64,000 nt of DNA from assembly GCF_001194135.2 (NCBI RefSeq), contig NC_068983.1, forward strand, positions 93,764,021 through 93,828,020, given 5' to 3'. This document shows, piece by piece, positions 24,426-36,688 of the stretch (within the stretch, counting starts at the first letter, position 1; every line of letters begins with the position of its first letter). The stretch is from Octopus bimaculoides. Lineage: Eukaryota. The notes beneath the pieces were generated by a model, which saw nothing but the letters and a program-made list of their open reading frames with translations, did no database searches and had not been told where the DNA came from. Made by a program: the position numbers and the translations under genes.

Positions 24426-24647
24426 TATTACATGTGTATAAGAAGGGATGACCACTAGGTGGACATCCAATATGCTAGAAAGAGGTCATCAACGACCCAA
24501 CCACAAAGAAAAATAATGTTATCCAGAAAAAAATTCAGCAAAATCACCTTTCTGGATAACATTATTTTTCTTTGTGGTTGGGTCGTTGATGATCTCTTTC
24601 TAGCATATTGGATGTCCACGTAGTGGTCATTCCTTCTTATACGCATG

Positions 24648-24652
<5 letters not shown>
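24426..24652. repeat. near-perfect palindrome: 104-bp arms, 19-nt spacer
   Basis: 24426-24529 versus reverse complement of 24549-24652 shows 4 mismatches. Confidence 0.95.
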
Positions 24653-24708
<56 letters not shown>

Positions 24709-24731
24709 CATTATTATTATTATTATTTATT

Positions 24732-25031
24732 ATGCGCCCGTTTCAAGCCTAGCCAGGCTCATGGGCCTGGTTTCCCAGTTTCTATGGCGTGTGTGTTCCC
24801 CCCAGCTGGACGGGATGCCTGTCTATCACAGCGTTACTCAAGAAACAGGAAGAAAGAGTGAGAGAAAGTTGGGACAAAAGAGTACAACAGGGGTCGCCAC
24901 CACCCCCTGCCAGGGCCTCATGGAGCTTTAGGTGTTTTCACTCAATAAACACACACAGTGCCTGGTCTGGGAATCGAAACCGCAATCCTCTGATTGCGAG
25001 TCCACTATCCTAACCACTGGGCTATTGCGCC

Positions 25032-25032
<1 letters not shown>
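24732..25032 (-). mobile_element. young tRNA-derived SINE
   Basis: minus strand has A-box-like TAGCCCAGTGGTTAGG and B-box-like GGTTTCGATTCCC; CpG-rich. Confidence 0.75.
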
Positions 25033-25062
<30 letters not shown>

Positions 25063-25158
25063 ATATATATATAGAGAGAGAGAGAGGGAGAGAGAAAATA
25101 TTGAACAATAGAAATGAGTGCTCAACACCACATTGATGCGTAGAATTTCTTTATCCTT

Positions 25159-25261
25159 GAATTAAGGCTACCATTGGTTTCATGTTAAGAAAAATAGGAA
25201 AAATAAGATATTAAGATATTTTCCTATTTTCTGAATATGAAACCAATGGTAGCCTTAGTTC
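25159..25261. repeat. hairpin with ~45-bp arms
   Basis: TAAGGCTACCATTGGTTTCAT pairs perfectly with ATGAAACCAATGGTAGCCTTA; pairing extends inward with a few mismatches. Confidence 0.85.
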
Positions 25262-25763
25262 ACACATAGTCACACACGTACATACGCATATACATACATA
25301 CATACATACATACATACAAGGTGACCATTGGGCAGAGTATTTGAAGCATTGGAGAGAAGGTCCTATAATATTTGTACTGGATGTTCTGCTGTGCTAAAGG
25401 TTAAAGGATCAAGAAGGTTTCTATATCTACATGGGCACTCAACACTATTAGCAACACTATTAGCAAAAGCATGGAACTTGCTGATACTATATCGCCCTCA
25501 ATTGTGAGTAACTGCCCAAGTTTCATCAATCTGTTTGTCTTTGAGCGTGTGTGTGTGTGTGTATGTGCATGTGTGTGTGAGTGTGTGTGCCTGCTGGTGT
25601 GTGTAAATATCACATACATACAATATGCTTTGTCTATAATGTAATTACTGGATTAGATATTGTGTATTAACTCGTGCTAATTCTACACAATAGGCCTCAG
25701 ATAATTAGTAATAGCATTATTATTATTAATATTATTATTATTAATATTATTATTAACATAATT

Positions 25764-25795
<32 letters not shown>

Positions 25796-26197
25796 TATTA
25801 TTATTCAGTGAGACCTATTAACTTACTGAAACCTTGGTAAGTTGTAACAAGAAGTGATTAAGACCACCAGACTGTAACAGTGTCATGAAGACTTAAATTA
25901 AGAGACTATGGTTTACTCATTGAATAATTCTGAAGATGGAATTCACTGAATGTATCATAGCCATTCTGTCTTTGGTCTGTAGATTTACAGAAATTCATTA
26001 TCTTTTTTTATATTTTTAGTATGAATTCATATTAATTCATATGTTGAAACCAAAATGGTGTTAAATTGTGTTAATAGAAATGGAATTAATCACAGATCTA
26101 AAATGGAGAATATTTTGAGTATAGTCTGAAATCATATGAAATTGTGTGGCAATTTATGCAAGCATCTTCTATTATAATCCCAGGCTGACCAAAGTCT

Positions 26198-26247
<50 letters not shown>

Positions 26248-27099
26248 TATATATAAATATAAGACAAGGTATCAATAATGGTCATTACATATTACTTTAT
26301 TGTAGTTCATTAGACTTACAGCTGTTTTCATTAGTCATTATAGGTTTGTTATTGATTGGTTTACTCAATCAGCCCATTGAGGGGGTTGAGAAAAATTGAA
26401 TGACCTAGAGNNNNNNNNNNNNNNNNNNNNNNNNNNNNNNNNNNNNNNNNNNNNNNNNNNNNNNNNNNNNNNNNNNNNNNNNNNNNNNNNNNNNNNNNNN
26501 NNNNNNNNNNNNNNNNNNNNNNNNNNNNNNNNNNNATATATATATATATATAGTAGAATTAAAAATAAGAAGTCCTTGGTACAGTATTATATATTTAAGA
26601 AATGAATGCAAATTGGTTTCCTATTAATTCTTTTCACTTTAATAATTAAATGCTTGTAAATTATTAGGTGTTCACAAATTGTGACTCTTTTGTGGGTTTC
26701 TCACTTAAAAGCAGTTTTCAATCTGATATTTTGGAGTTTGTTATTCACTGTATAGATAAGGCTGTTTAACTACAACCACACACACACACACACCACATAG
26801 ACATACATACACATACATGTACAGATATACAAACACCCATACATATATGTCCATGCACATATACATACATATGCACGTGTGTGAATATAAAAACAGGTAG
26901 GGTGGGAGGAGAATTAAGTTATCATGAATAAAATTATAAAATTTTAGGCTGGTTAGTTTTAGGCTCAGTATGGTGTCATAAATATCTGCGTAAGTACATG
27001 TACATGTACCAACATGTCCTCATACAGATATAGTCACAAATAGATACATATATTTAATATATACACATGGTATACACACAGATACACACAAATATAAAT

Positions 27100-28193
27100 T
27101 CTGGTACAGGATCAGAAGGCGGTATACTGGCAAGTTCTTACATCTGGAAGCACAGGAAAGATATTATTGATCAACCTGCTCCTTGCCAAGGTGAGACAGA
27201 AGATTGCTCTGGCTGTTGCATCCTCTGAAACTGCAGCCATACTCCTAACAGGTGGAAGAACAGCTCATTCAACATTCAAGCTGCCTCTGAACCTCATCCA
27301 AAATGAATCTCCTTTATGCAACATATCCAAGAATACAGCTTTAGCAAAGCTCCTTACAGATGCCAAACTCACTGTCTTGGATGAGGCAACAATGTCCCAT
27401 AAGGCAGCCTTTGAAGCACTTGATACAACACTACAAGACTACAATAAGATCATGGCTGGTGACTTCAGACAAATGCTGCCTGTCATTCCCAGAGAAACAA
27501 GGGCAGATGAGCTGAGAGCTTGCATTAAGTCCTCATATAACTGGCGACATGTGAAGCAACTTACTCTGACAACGAACATGAGGGTTCACATTCAAGGTGA
27601 CCCGTAAGCCACACAGTTCTCCAACAACTTACTTGACACTGGAAATGGAAAACTTCCACAAGATCCAGAAGATAGTCTGCACCACCTCCCATGTGGCAAC
27701 ATGACTGCCTCCCTTGAAGACCTTAAGAGCAAGGTGTTTCCAAACATTGCCACAAACTATGAAAGTCATAAGTGGCTATGTGAAAGAACAATTCTGCTGT
27801 AGACAAGTTGAGTCTAAATTTGTTGTCTCAGCTTACATGATGGGTGAGAATGTATTCATTTCAAGGATACCTCTCATCTCAAATGATTTCCCTTTTCAGT
27901 TCAAAAGACAGCAGTTTTCTATCAAACACGGCTTTTCATTGTTTATAACCTATACCCATTTTTTGGTTACAAAATGAGTTAGACAAATGTGTATTTACTT
28001 TATATACATATATGAGTTGAAAACTTTCTTTTCACATTTCACTTAACGTCTATGTTCCATGCTGGCATGGGTTGCAGAGGTATGTAGAAAGTTGGTATTT
28101 CAGCTACTAGCAGTTGAGACATGCGTAATCTAGACGGCATTTTAAAATTTCATTATTTTCTTTAATCCGGGCAACACCAGGTATTTCTGCTAG
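27100..28193 (+). mobile_element. Helitron 3' fragment with deleted PIF1-like helicase and CTAG terminus
   Basis: ALAVASSETAAILLTGGRTAHSTFKLPL, LDEATM, GDFRQMLPVI, LTTNMRV, GENVFISRIPLI...FPFQFKR; 3' hairpin remnant ATCCGGGCAACACCAGG, then CTAG (28190-28193) followed by T. Confidence 0.9.
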
Positions 28194-28342
28194 TATATAT
28201 ATATATATAATTTAGAGAAAAGAACCACAGTTCCTAAACTCATCCATGAAAATCCACAGTCACATATAGAAAAATTTAATAAGTAAATATACTAAAAAGA
28301 ACTATAATAAAATACAAAGTAATAATTATTAAAATAATAAAA

Positions 28343-28454
28343 TGACTACACGTGTTTCATAACCAAATTTTCAAATAGAAAAGAAAATAAAATCGATTAA
28401 AATAAATCGATCAAAAATCAATTCTATTCAAAAATATAGCTAATCTTCGGGTCA
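28343..28454 (-). ncRNA. degenerate type I hammerhead ribozyme (Penelope-type)
   Basis: minus strand: TGAC / CCGAAGA / long stem II (20 of 21 pairs, incl. 4 G-U) / GAAA / palindrome ACACGTGT / A / GTCA. Confidence 0.5.
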
Positions 28455-28499
28455 AAATACATCAATGATAATAATAAAATGAATGTGTAGATATCAACC

Positions 28500-29509
28500 A
28501 ACAATAAATAACAAATGAATTCATATAAAAATACGTATTTTATCAATAAGTAAAATTACTTATTTTTACAATAAATAAAAGAAAAATATTTAACGATATT
28601 GTTCTTATCGAAGCTTTAGTTTAAACTAAAATTTAAAAGTTATACTATTAACATATCGTTTATTAGAATATCAGCTAACAATATATAACAAATGAATTTC
28701 TATAAAAATACTTATTTTACCAATAAATAAAAGAAAAACATTTAACAATATTATTGAAAATATATGCAATACTTATCTAATCGAAGTTTTAGGTTAAACT
28801 AAAATTATGAATGTTACATTATTAACTTTACGTTTATTAGAATATAAACTAACAAAAATAATAAATGAATTTATATAATAATATTTATTTCACCAAAAGT
28901 AAAAGATAAACATTTAACAATATTATTGAAAATAAATTCAAAGCTTATCTTACCGAAGCTTTAGTTTAAAATAAAATTTAGACGTTATACTATTAACTTA
29001 GCATTTATTAGAATATTAACTAACAATAAATGAATTTATATAAAAATACTTATTTTACCAATAAATCAAAGAGAAACATTAGACAATATTATTGAAAATA
29101 AATGCAACACTAATCTTATCGAAGTTTTGGTTTAAACTAAAATGTTAAACATTATACTATTAACTTAGCATTAAATAGGATATCAACTAACACTAAATAA
29201 CAAGTGAATTTATATAGTGATACTTATTTTACCAATAAATAAAAGGAAAACATTTAACAATATTAATGAAAATAAATGCAATACTTATCGAAGTTTTAGG
29301 TTAAATGTTTATAAGAATATAAACTAACAAAAATAATAAATGAATTTATATAAAAATATTTATTTAAACAATAAATAAAAGAAAAACATTTAACAAAATT
29401 ATTGAAAACAAATGCTAAAGCTTCGTTGAGATAAGTATTGCATTTATTTCCATTAATATTGTTAAATGTTTTTCTTTTATTTATTGGTAAAATAAGTATT
29501 TTCTTATTA
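28500..29509. repeat. AT-rich ~170-180 bp tandem array (~5-6 units) with an inverted unit from ~29420
   Basis: recurrent AAATGAATTT...ATACTTATTTTACCAATAAATAAAAGAAAAACATTTAAC...TATCGAAG; 29420-29509 is the reverse complement of the unit. Confidence 0.85.
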
Positions 29510-29731
29510 NNNNNNNNNNNNNNNNNNNNNNNNNNNNNNNNNNNNNNNNNNNNNNNNNNNNNNNNNNNNNNNNNNNNNNNNNNNNNNNNNNNNNNNNNNN
29601 NNNNNNNNNNNNNNNNNNNNNNNNNNNNNNNNNNNNNNNNNNNNNNNNNNNNNNNNNNNNNNNNNNNNNNNNNNNNNNNNNNNNNNNNNNNNNNNNTATC
29701 TTTTTGTTTTTATATATTTACATATATATAC

Positions 29732-29762
<31 letters not shown>

Positions 29763-29825
29763 AATAAATGCACCCTTTTTAAAGCCTAGCCATGTTCATG
29801 GGCCCGGTTTCCCGGTTTCTATGGC

Positions 29826-30119
29826 ATATGTGTTTCCCAGCTGGACGGGACGCCAGTCCATCGCAGCATTACTCCTTTTTGCCAACTTAGTGGACTGGAA
29901 CAACATGAAATGAAGTGTGTTGCTCAAGAACACAATGCACTGGCCAGTCCAGGAATCAAAATATATATATATATATGGAGGTGCATGGCTTAGTGGTTAG
30001 GGCAATGCATTGTGTTCTTGAGCAAGACACTTCATTTCATGTTGCTCCAGTCCACTAAGCTGGCAAAAATGAGTAACGCTGCGATGGACTGGCGTCCCGT
30101 CCAGCTGGGAAACACATAT
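29826..30119. repeat. inverted pair of young SINE segments: ~113-bp arms, 66-nt spacer
   Basis: 29827-29939 versus reverse complement of 30006-30118 shows 5 mismatches. Confidence 0.93.
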
Positions 30120-31245
30120 ATATATATATACGTAAATGTTGAACAATGGAAATGAGTGCTTAACACTGCATTAGTGGATAAAATTTCTTTAGTTGTGTGT
30201 GTGTGTGTGTGTACATATTACTCAAAGAAATTCCAACGTTGATTTTCATGTTTTATTTACAATCTTACTATAATATAGGATAATATATAATATAATGAAA
30301 TGATAGAATATTAAATGTCCATTCTGATTGAACTAGTATTTTCATGCATTAAATTATGTAATCTTCAGGTTTATGTAATAATGGTAACAGTTATGTTTTT
30401 CAATTTACAACTGTGGCGAGATGGCTAAACTGTATGCCCTAAATACATTTGTTGGAATTTCTTTGAGTAATATATTCTTCTATACACAATCATACACACC
30501 TGTGCATGTGTATATATATGGTATATATATATATATATAGGAAAATGAAAAATAATAATAACAGACATAAACTTCCTGTTAAAAAAGAGTTCATAACTCC
30601 AACTAAAAAGATTTGTCTCCCCTTACACACACTTCCTGTTTTGACACCACACTTCCTGCTTAATACAAACTTTTAGCCCCTTTTCTCTTTTTTTTAAACC
30701 TAACACAACTCTCAATTTTCATGCGTCCTTATTTTTCCAACCATTATCTACATGAATTACAATTGAACTTTAAAAGCTCAAAGACAATATAATGTATTGG
30801 TATATTTATTTTTTTATATATCCTTTTTTTTTATATATTATTTTTTTCATTTTTTACTTTGTAAAAAACATTTTCATNNNNNNNNNNNNNNNNNNNNNNN
30901 NNNNNNNNNNNNNNNNNNNNNNNNNNNNNNNNNNNNNNNNNNNNNNNNNNNNNNNNNNNNNNNNNNNNNNNNNNNNNNNNNNNNNNNNNNNNNNNNNNNN
31001 NNNNNNNNNNNNNNNNNNNNNNNNNNNNNNNNNNNNNNNNNNNNNNNNNNNNNNNNNNNNNNNNNNNNNNNNNNNNNNNNNNNNNNNNNNNNNNNNNNNN
31101 NNNNNNNNNNNNNNNNNNNNNNNNNNNNNNNNNNNNNNNNNNNNNNNNNNNNNNNNNNNNNNNNNNNNNNNNNNNNNNNNNNNNNNNNNNNNNNNNNNNN
31201 NNNNNNNNNNNNNNNNNNNNNNNNNNNNNNNNNNNNNNNNNNNNN

Positions 31246-31304
<59 letters not shown>

Positions 31305-32099
31305 ATGAGTTAGATATAATGTTGCTGCATTGCCTTCAATAGTGTTAAATTAACTATAGTAAAGCGAAATATAAGTATCAAATTCTTTTAATATTAAATA
31401 GAAATTTAGGTCTAGAAGTCATTTTACAATTTTTGTAATTTTCTTATTTCTTGTCACTGAAAATTTAAGTGATTAAATTCAGTATTGCAAAACTACATGA
31501 TTTAATAAATGTTTTTGTTTTTAGAAACTTTTTAAAAAGTTAACCTATCTGGGGAAATTTATTAGTTTGTGAAGATGGAGGTTAGTTAGTGCTTTTGGGC
31601 TTCAGCAATATTCTAGACCATGAGGTATTGATAATTGAATGAAGTTGATATAGTTAATAAGATCAATATCTAATTAGAAATAATGCTGGTTAGTAGCTGG
31701 AGGAAACACAAGCAACAAACAATTTTCAGAAAGAGTTTGAGGGTGTAAGGAATGGATGAAGGGAGACATAATTCAAAGGAGAATTATAAACCTGCACTGA
31801 GTGTAAACGTTAACGGCACTAGATAAATCTACGCAGAGAGTATCAGTGGAAGAATCAGAAAATTATGATTCAGAACTATGAGTTGCAGGCTGTAACTTTG
31901 ATTGAAGATGATCTGTTACAAGAAAGATTAGGTAATAGATACATGTGGAATGATATATTTGTGCCACCAGTTGTGAAGGGTCATACCAAGTTTGTTTTTA
32001 TCACTTATTTAGAATAAAGGAGTTTTGGATTATTTAAATCTCATTTAATTTTTTAGGTATACAGTCAAATGTATGACATTTCTGTGCTACTTATAGAAA

Positions 32100-33330
32100 T
32101 TAGACTTTCACTTCCAAATAAGATTATGATATTTTCATTCTTTAGTTGTCATCATCGTCACATCTGCTTTCCTCTGCTTGTGTGAGTTAGATGAGTCTTT
32201 TTTAGTAGTATCACATTACTTGTTATAGTCCTTTGTCATCATCTTCATGAAGTTCAGCCTCTTCAGACAAGCTACCACCACTCCTTTTCCCATATCTTCT
32301 CCAGATGTTCTCTTCTCTTCCACATGATTCTTCTTCTTGGATTGCTTAACAGATCTTTACCCAACTACTACCCTCCATATGCATTACATGTCCATACCAG
32401 CACAGTTTTTACTCTTATAAATAAGAATATATTATATCTAATTCCTCTTACACCCAGTCTTTTTATGTTTCAGCTCTTTTTTCTTTTCTTTTTTTTTTGC
32501 ACGCTCACATTACACATTCTGTGAAGCACTATTGCTTCATTTCTTTCCATTCTTTGCACATCTTTTGCATTCAGTGCCCATCTTCCTCTGCCAAGCAACA
32601 TTGCACTTTATGCATAAACATCATACAACCATTAATTCACTGTTGTCAGCAGTGGCAATAGTTTCTTGAACTCTTTCACTCCATTCATACTCTGACTGTC
32701 ATGCTTTCAGAACATCCACCTAATTTGGCCACCTTGGTTACAGAAACTATTAACTACTTTTTCAAAGCCTTCCAAACATTTGAAAGAATTTACTTCATGT
32801 GTGCTCCTGATGCTAACTACTTTTGTGCATCTGCTACACACTAAGTCTTGTCTTCTCTGTCGATCTACCTATATAATCCCATTGCATTTATTGTGCACCC
32901 ATACTTTATATATCATTCATATTTCAGAATTCCTATCTGATTCTTTTCTATATGCTGAGCATGGCAACTTCATAAATAGCAGCGGTGTTCTGTCATCATT
33001 TTTAATAACTAAGATTTTCACCTTCACCAGATTACTTTGAGATCTTTTTAGTCTTTGCTTCTACATTTGGAATTTTTTCATTAATTCTTCAACAGCTATG
33101 AGAACTAGTTCATTAGTGAATAGAAGTACCTACTGACAGCTGGCTTTAAACTTCTCTGTTATGGCTTGAAAGGTAATAGTAAAAACTGTTGGGGTTCAAG
33201 AACATTGCCCTGCTAGACACCCACTTGTATGCTAACTTCACTGAGCTCATTGTTAACTCATACTTAGCTGACATCATGTCAGTACATAGCTTGCACAACT
33301 CTCACATCTGCACCTAATTTTCTTTATAAA
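32100..33330 (-). pseudogene. RTE-clade LINE RT and C-terminal fragment
   Basis: minus-strand VGV*QGNVL, FQAITEKFKASCQ*VLLFTNELVLIA (decayed YADD), VWVHNKC...CSRC zinc-finger-like segment, FKKLLPLL, MERNEAIVLHRMCNV. Confidence 0.8.
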
Positions 33331-33627
33331 TTATATTTTAAAATCAGTTTTGGGTGCATTTAAGTAAAGAGAGTTATATTAAGCTTCATTGTGAATACTT
33401 ATTGCATTATATGGCTTACATATTATTTTACACACTTTCCAATATTTTTATCTATAAATTATAAAAGCTTTTCTCCTTCATTATACTTGAATCCTCTCTT
33501 TCTATATATTTTTAGCCACTCCACTCTTATTTTACTTTTAGTCAAGTCTTTAATTCATACTTTGCTTCACTTTTATAGATCTAGCTGCATATACATGATG
33601 TCTTCTGGGTATGATATAAATCATATA

Positions 33628-33661
<34 letters not shown>

Positions 33662-33664
<3 letters not shown>

Positions 33665-34100
33665 TTTATATATATATATCATAATAAAAGTATACATTTT
33701 AAGAGTGTTTATAGTACTTTTTGGGGTTCTTAATGCAGCTTTTGTGCAGTGTATCAAAATCTCCATGCTATTTTTCATTGAAATTCTTGCTCTTTTTGGA
33801 AGTTTTGGTTTGTTGTTCTTAGATTGGTTTTTGATAAGTAATAATGCCAGATCAAGTAAATAGTTTTCTAAATCCAGCCCCGACATTTGGGAGAACTAAA
33901 TCAGCTTGCTTAGCATTTTTATAACCAATTGCTGTTTTGTTTTGTTATTTTATGTATAGATTTTTCAAAGAATTTGAATGTTTAAAAAAAAACAGAAGGG
34001 TCAACTTATATAAACATCGACGGTAACCCACAGTTTGTTCAATTCACATACAAATGCAGTGAATTACTATCAAACTAGAATAACTATTGATTATTGCTAA
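33662..34100 (-). mobile_element. possible Penelope-like 5' fragment
   Basis: K/N-rich ORF remnant NYLLDLALLLIKNQSKNNKPKLPK next to (TA)n; weak similarity only. Confidence 0.25.
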
Positions 34101-34116
34101 ATGTTCATGCATATTT

Positions 34117-34180
34117 AAGATTTTTAACAGAGAATGTTTTGTCATTGGTTAATGACAAAACATTCTCTGTTAAAAATCTT
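34117..34180. repeat. perfect 30-bp hairpin, 4-nt loop
   Basis: AAGATTTTTAACAGAGAATGTTTTGTCATT-GGTT-AATGACAAAACATTCTCTGTTAAAAATCTT. Confidence 0.95.
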
Positions 34181-35606
34181 CCTTAAGCTTCTTACAAGTT
34201 GTATTCATACATTAGGGTAACTTGTTTGTTGATAGGAAATACAACACCACAGCCTTTTTCAGGAATAAGACATCATTATTAAATCCTTTCATCAATATAA
34301 ACATGATGCAGAAGAAAAGCATGAAAATAATTATATATGATAGCAGATTAAATTGCAAAGAACATACAGAACTCCTTAAAGATTAGACATGAAGAACATA
34401 GAAAAGCATGGAAAAGCATTGACCATTGACAACAAGTCAATTCATTTTCCTGAGATAACCTCAGAGAGGTTTTAGCTGGTAGTGGCTCATATCAGGGATA
34501 CTTCAACAGCAACACCAGTACTTCACCATTTCTGAGAACTTGGAAGCTCTAAGCCAATGAGGGAACCTCTTCACTATTGTTTCTAAAGGTGGAATGCATG
34601 TACCACAGCAATATTTTGGCAAGACATGGATTTCTTTACAATGGGCATAAGCAAGTGACAAGTGAATGAAACTTGCCAATATAGTTTTTGCTATCCAGCA
34701 GCATGTTGATAATTGTTCTTATGCAACATGGTGTAGCCTAATGATTTGAGAGGTTCCCTGTTATGTTTTGCAGTATCTTATGGATGTTACACTTCATACC
34801 TTCCTACATACCTTCCTGCAACACTACAATAAAATCTCTTAATTATGTGAGTGCAGTGATATTGTATAATCGCATTCCTATGTTTATATATATATATATG
34901 TATATATATATACTGTGATTGTTCATGGCAGGATACATGTTTTCTTGGAAAATCCAAGTTGGATGTGGGCCAAAATAGTTGAGAAACACTTTTCTACATT
35001 GTCACTCAATCTGCCAGAAATACCAGCTAACTTCCTTTACATTGACCAATGTAGTTCTGGATATATGAAAATATTGGATGATCATAACTGGAAGATTTTG
35101 ATCACAGGTCTCTTCATTTAGGGCCACCGTGAGTCAAACAACAACAGCAACAACAAAAGCTTACCAACCGCCTTCAGTGAGAGTTTACTTCTTTTTTTTC
35201 CCCTCTTTTTTTTTCCAAATATAATAAACACTTTCATTTTATTCTTTTTTATTTGTTTCTGTCATTAGACTGCAGCCATACTGAAGCACCACCTTGATGT
35301 TTTACTTGAATGAATCAACTCCAGTACTTATTCTTTTTTAAGCCTAGTACTTAACCTATCAATCTCTTTCACCAAACCAGTAAGTTACGTGGATGTAAAC
35401 ACAAAAGCAAACTCAACATAAGCATCCTTCGTCCAGGATAGTCATTGTTAGAATGCTTTCAATTATAGATCAATGTGATCAAAACTGATTTGGACCTGAA
35501 CGAAATCTTGCATTAGTTTTTCCTGTTCAAACTTCATCAGAGTCCTGGGAAATATACATGCATTAATTTTTTAAAATTTACTATTATAGATTGCTGGCAG
35601 GGAGAT

Positions 35607-36230
35607 GAGTCACTGCTATCTCTAGCGGTTGAGTGTCCATCATTAACAAAACCTAACATGGTTGAAATCATGTGATCTGATGGTCTCAGTACTGGAGGTA
35701 GTGGACATTTATCTCCCCAATAAAGATATGAACAAGAGTGCACTTATGCACCAAAAAACCTATATGAGAGTTTCTCTCATGATAACTACTGCAGTATAGT
35801 TTGTTCTAATAGAACATACACATTTAATTGGGGTTGAATATTACCTCTCAGTACTAATCCTACTTCTGTTACTAATATATATATTTTTTAACAAGCTCAC
35901 TGGCTAATCATGACACTAGTATCTGTTCTTACACTGTTTTTCTAATTATCACTGCTAGAGTCACTGCTATCTCTAGCAGTTGAGTATCTATCATTGATAA
36001 AAACAAGGAAGGTCGAAATCATGTGATCTGTTTATTTCGGCACTCGAGATGGTGGGGATTTATCTTACCACTAGTAATGTAAACAACAGCAGATTTTGCA
36101 CCAAAAACCCAATATGAGAGTTTCTCTCCTGGTATCAACTGCAGTATAATTTGTTCTAACAGAACATGCACATTTAAGTGGGGATAAATATTACCTCTCA
36201 GTATTAATACTGCCTCTGTTGCTAATATAT
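35607..36230. repeat. tandem direct duplication: 35607-35880 and 35958-36230
   Basis: both start GAGTCACTGCTATCTCTAGC and end ...CTCTCAGTA(C/T)TAAT...CTAATATAT; period 351 bp, moderately diverged. Confidence 0.85.
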
Positions 36231-36540
36231 ATTATGTATGCTGTATTTTATTTTGAAAATTGCTTTGGCCTAACTTGTTTTTGTTAATTTGAAGAGAGAT
36301 TATGCTAAGCCCTTCTAGGCTATATGATATATATATTTATGTGTGATGAAATTAGTGTTCATTTTTAATTTGTATTGTTTCTAAGAGAAATACAGCACTC
36401 CAGGCAGTTTTCTCATAGGTTATATTATATAGAATGATTTAGAAGTCCCTTTAACATTTATATGATACATGAAATTTTAATTTTTTTGTTAATATTTTTT
36501 TTTATGTTTAATACTGTTTATGCTATTTTCTTGTGATTAT

Positions 36541-36599
<59 letters not shown>

Positions 36600-36688
36600 T
36601 ATACATATGCATGTATGTATGTTTGTATAAGAAAAATGTCACTATCAAAAGGTGAGAGTATATTCATTGTCCTAAAAATAGCACAATA

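Noticed and set aside
24960-25030. tRNA-like A/B boxes (also in other SINE heads) as tRNA genes
   Set aside because: No acceptor stem or complete cloverleaf; they continue into SINE bodies.
28500-29420. Tandem arrays (also 58500-58920 and 6195-6710) as CRISPR-like repeats
   Set aside because: The units are contiguous and degenerate with no unique spacers, there are no cas genes, and the context is eukaryotic.
33990-34030. Hammerhead-like CAGAAGGG...AAACATCGAC
   Set aside because: The core, stem II and GAAA are all broken; it cannot be supported.
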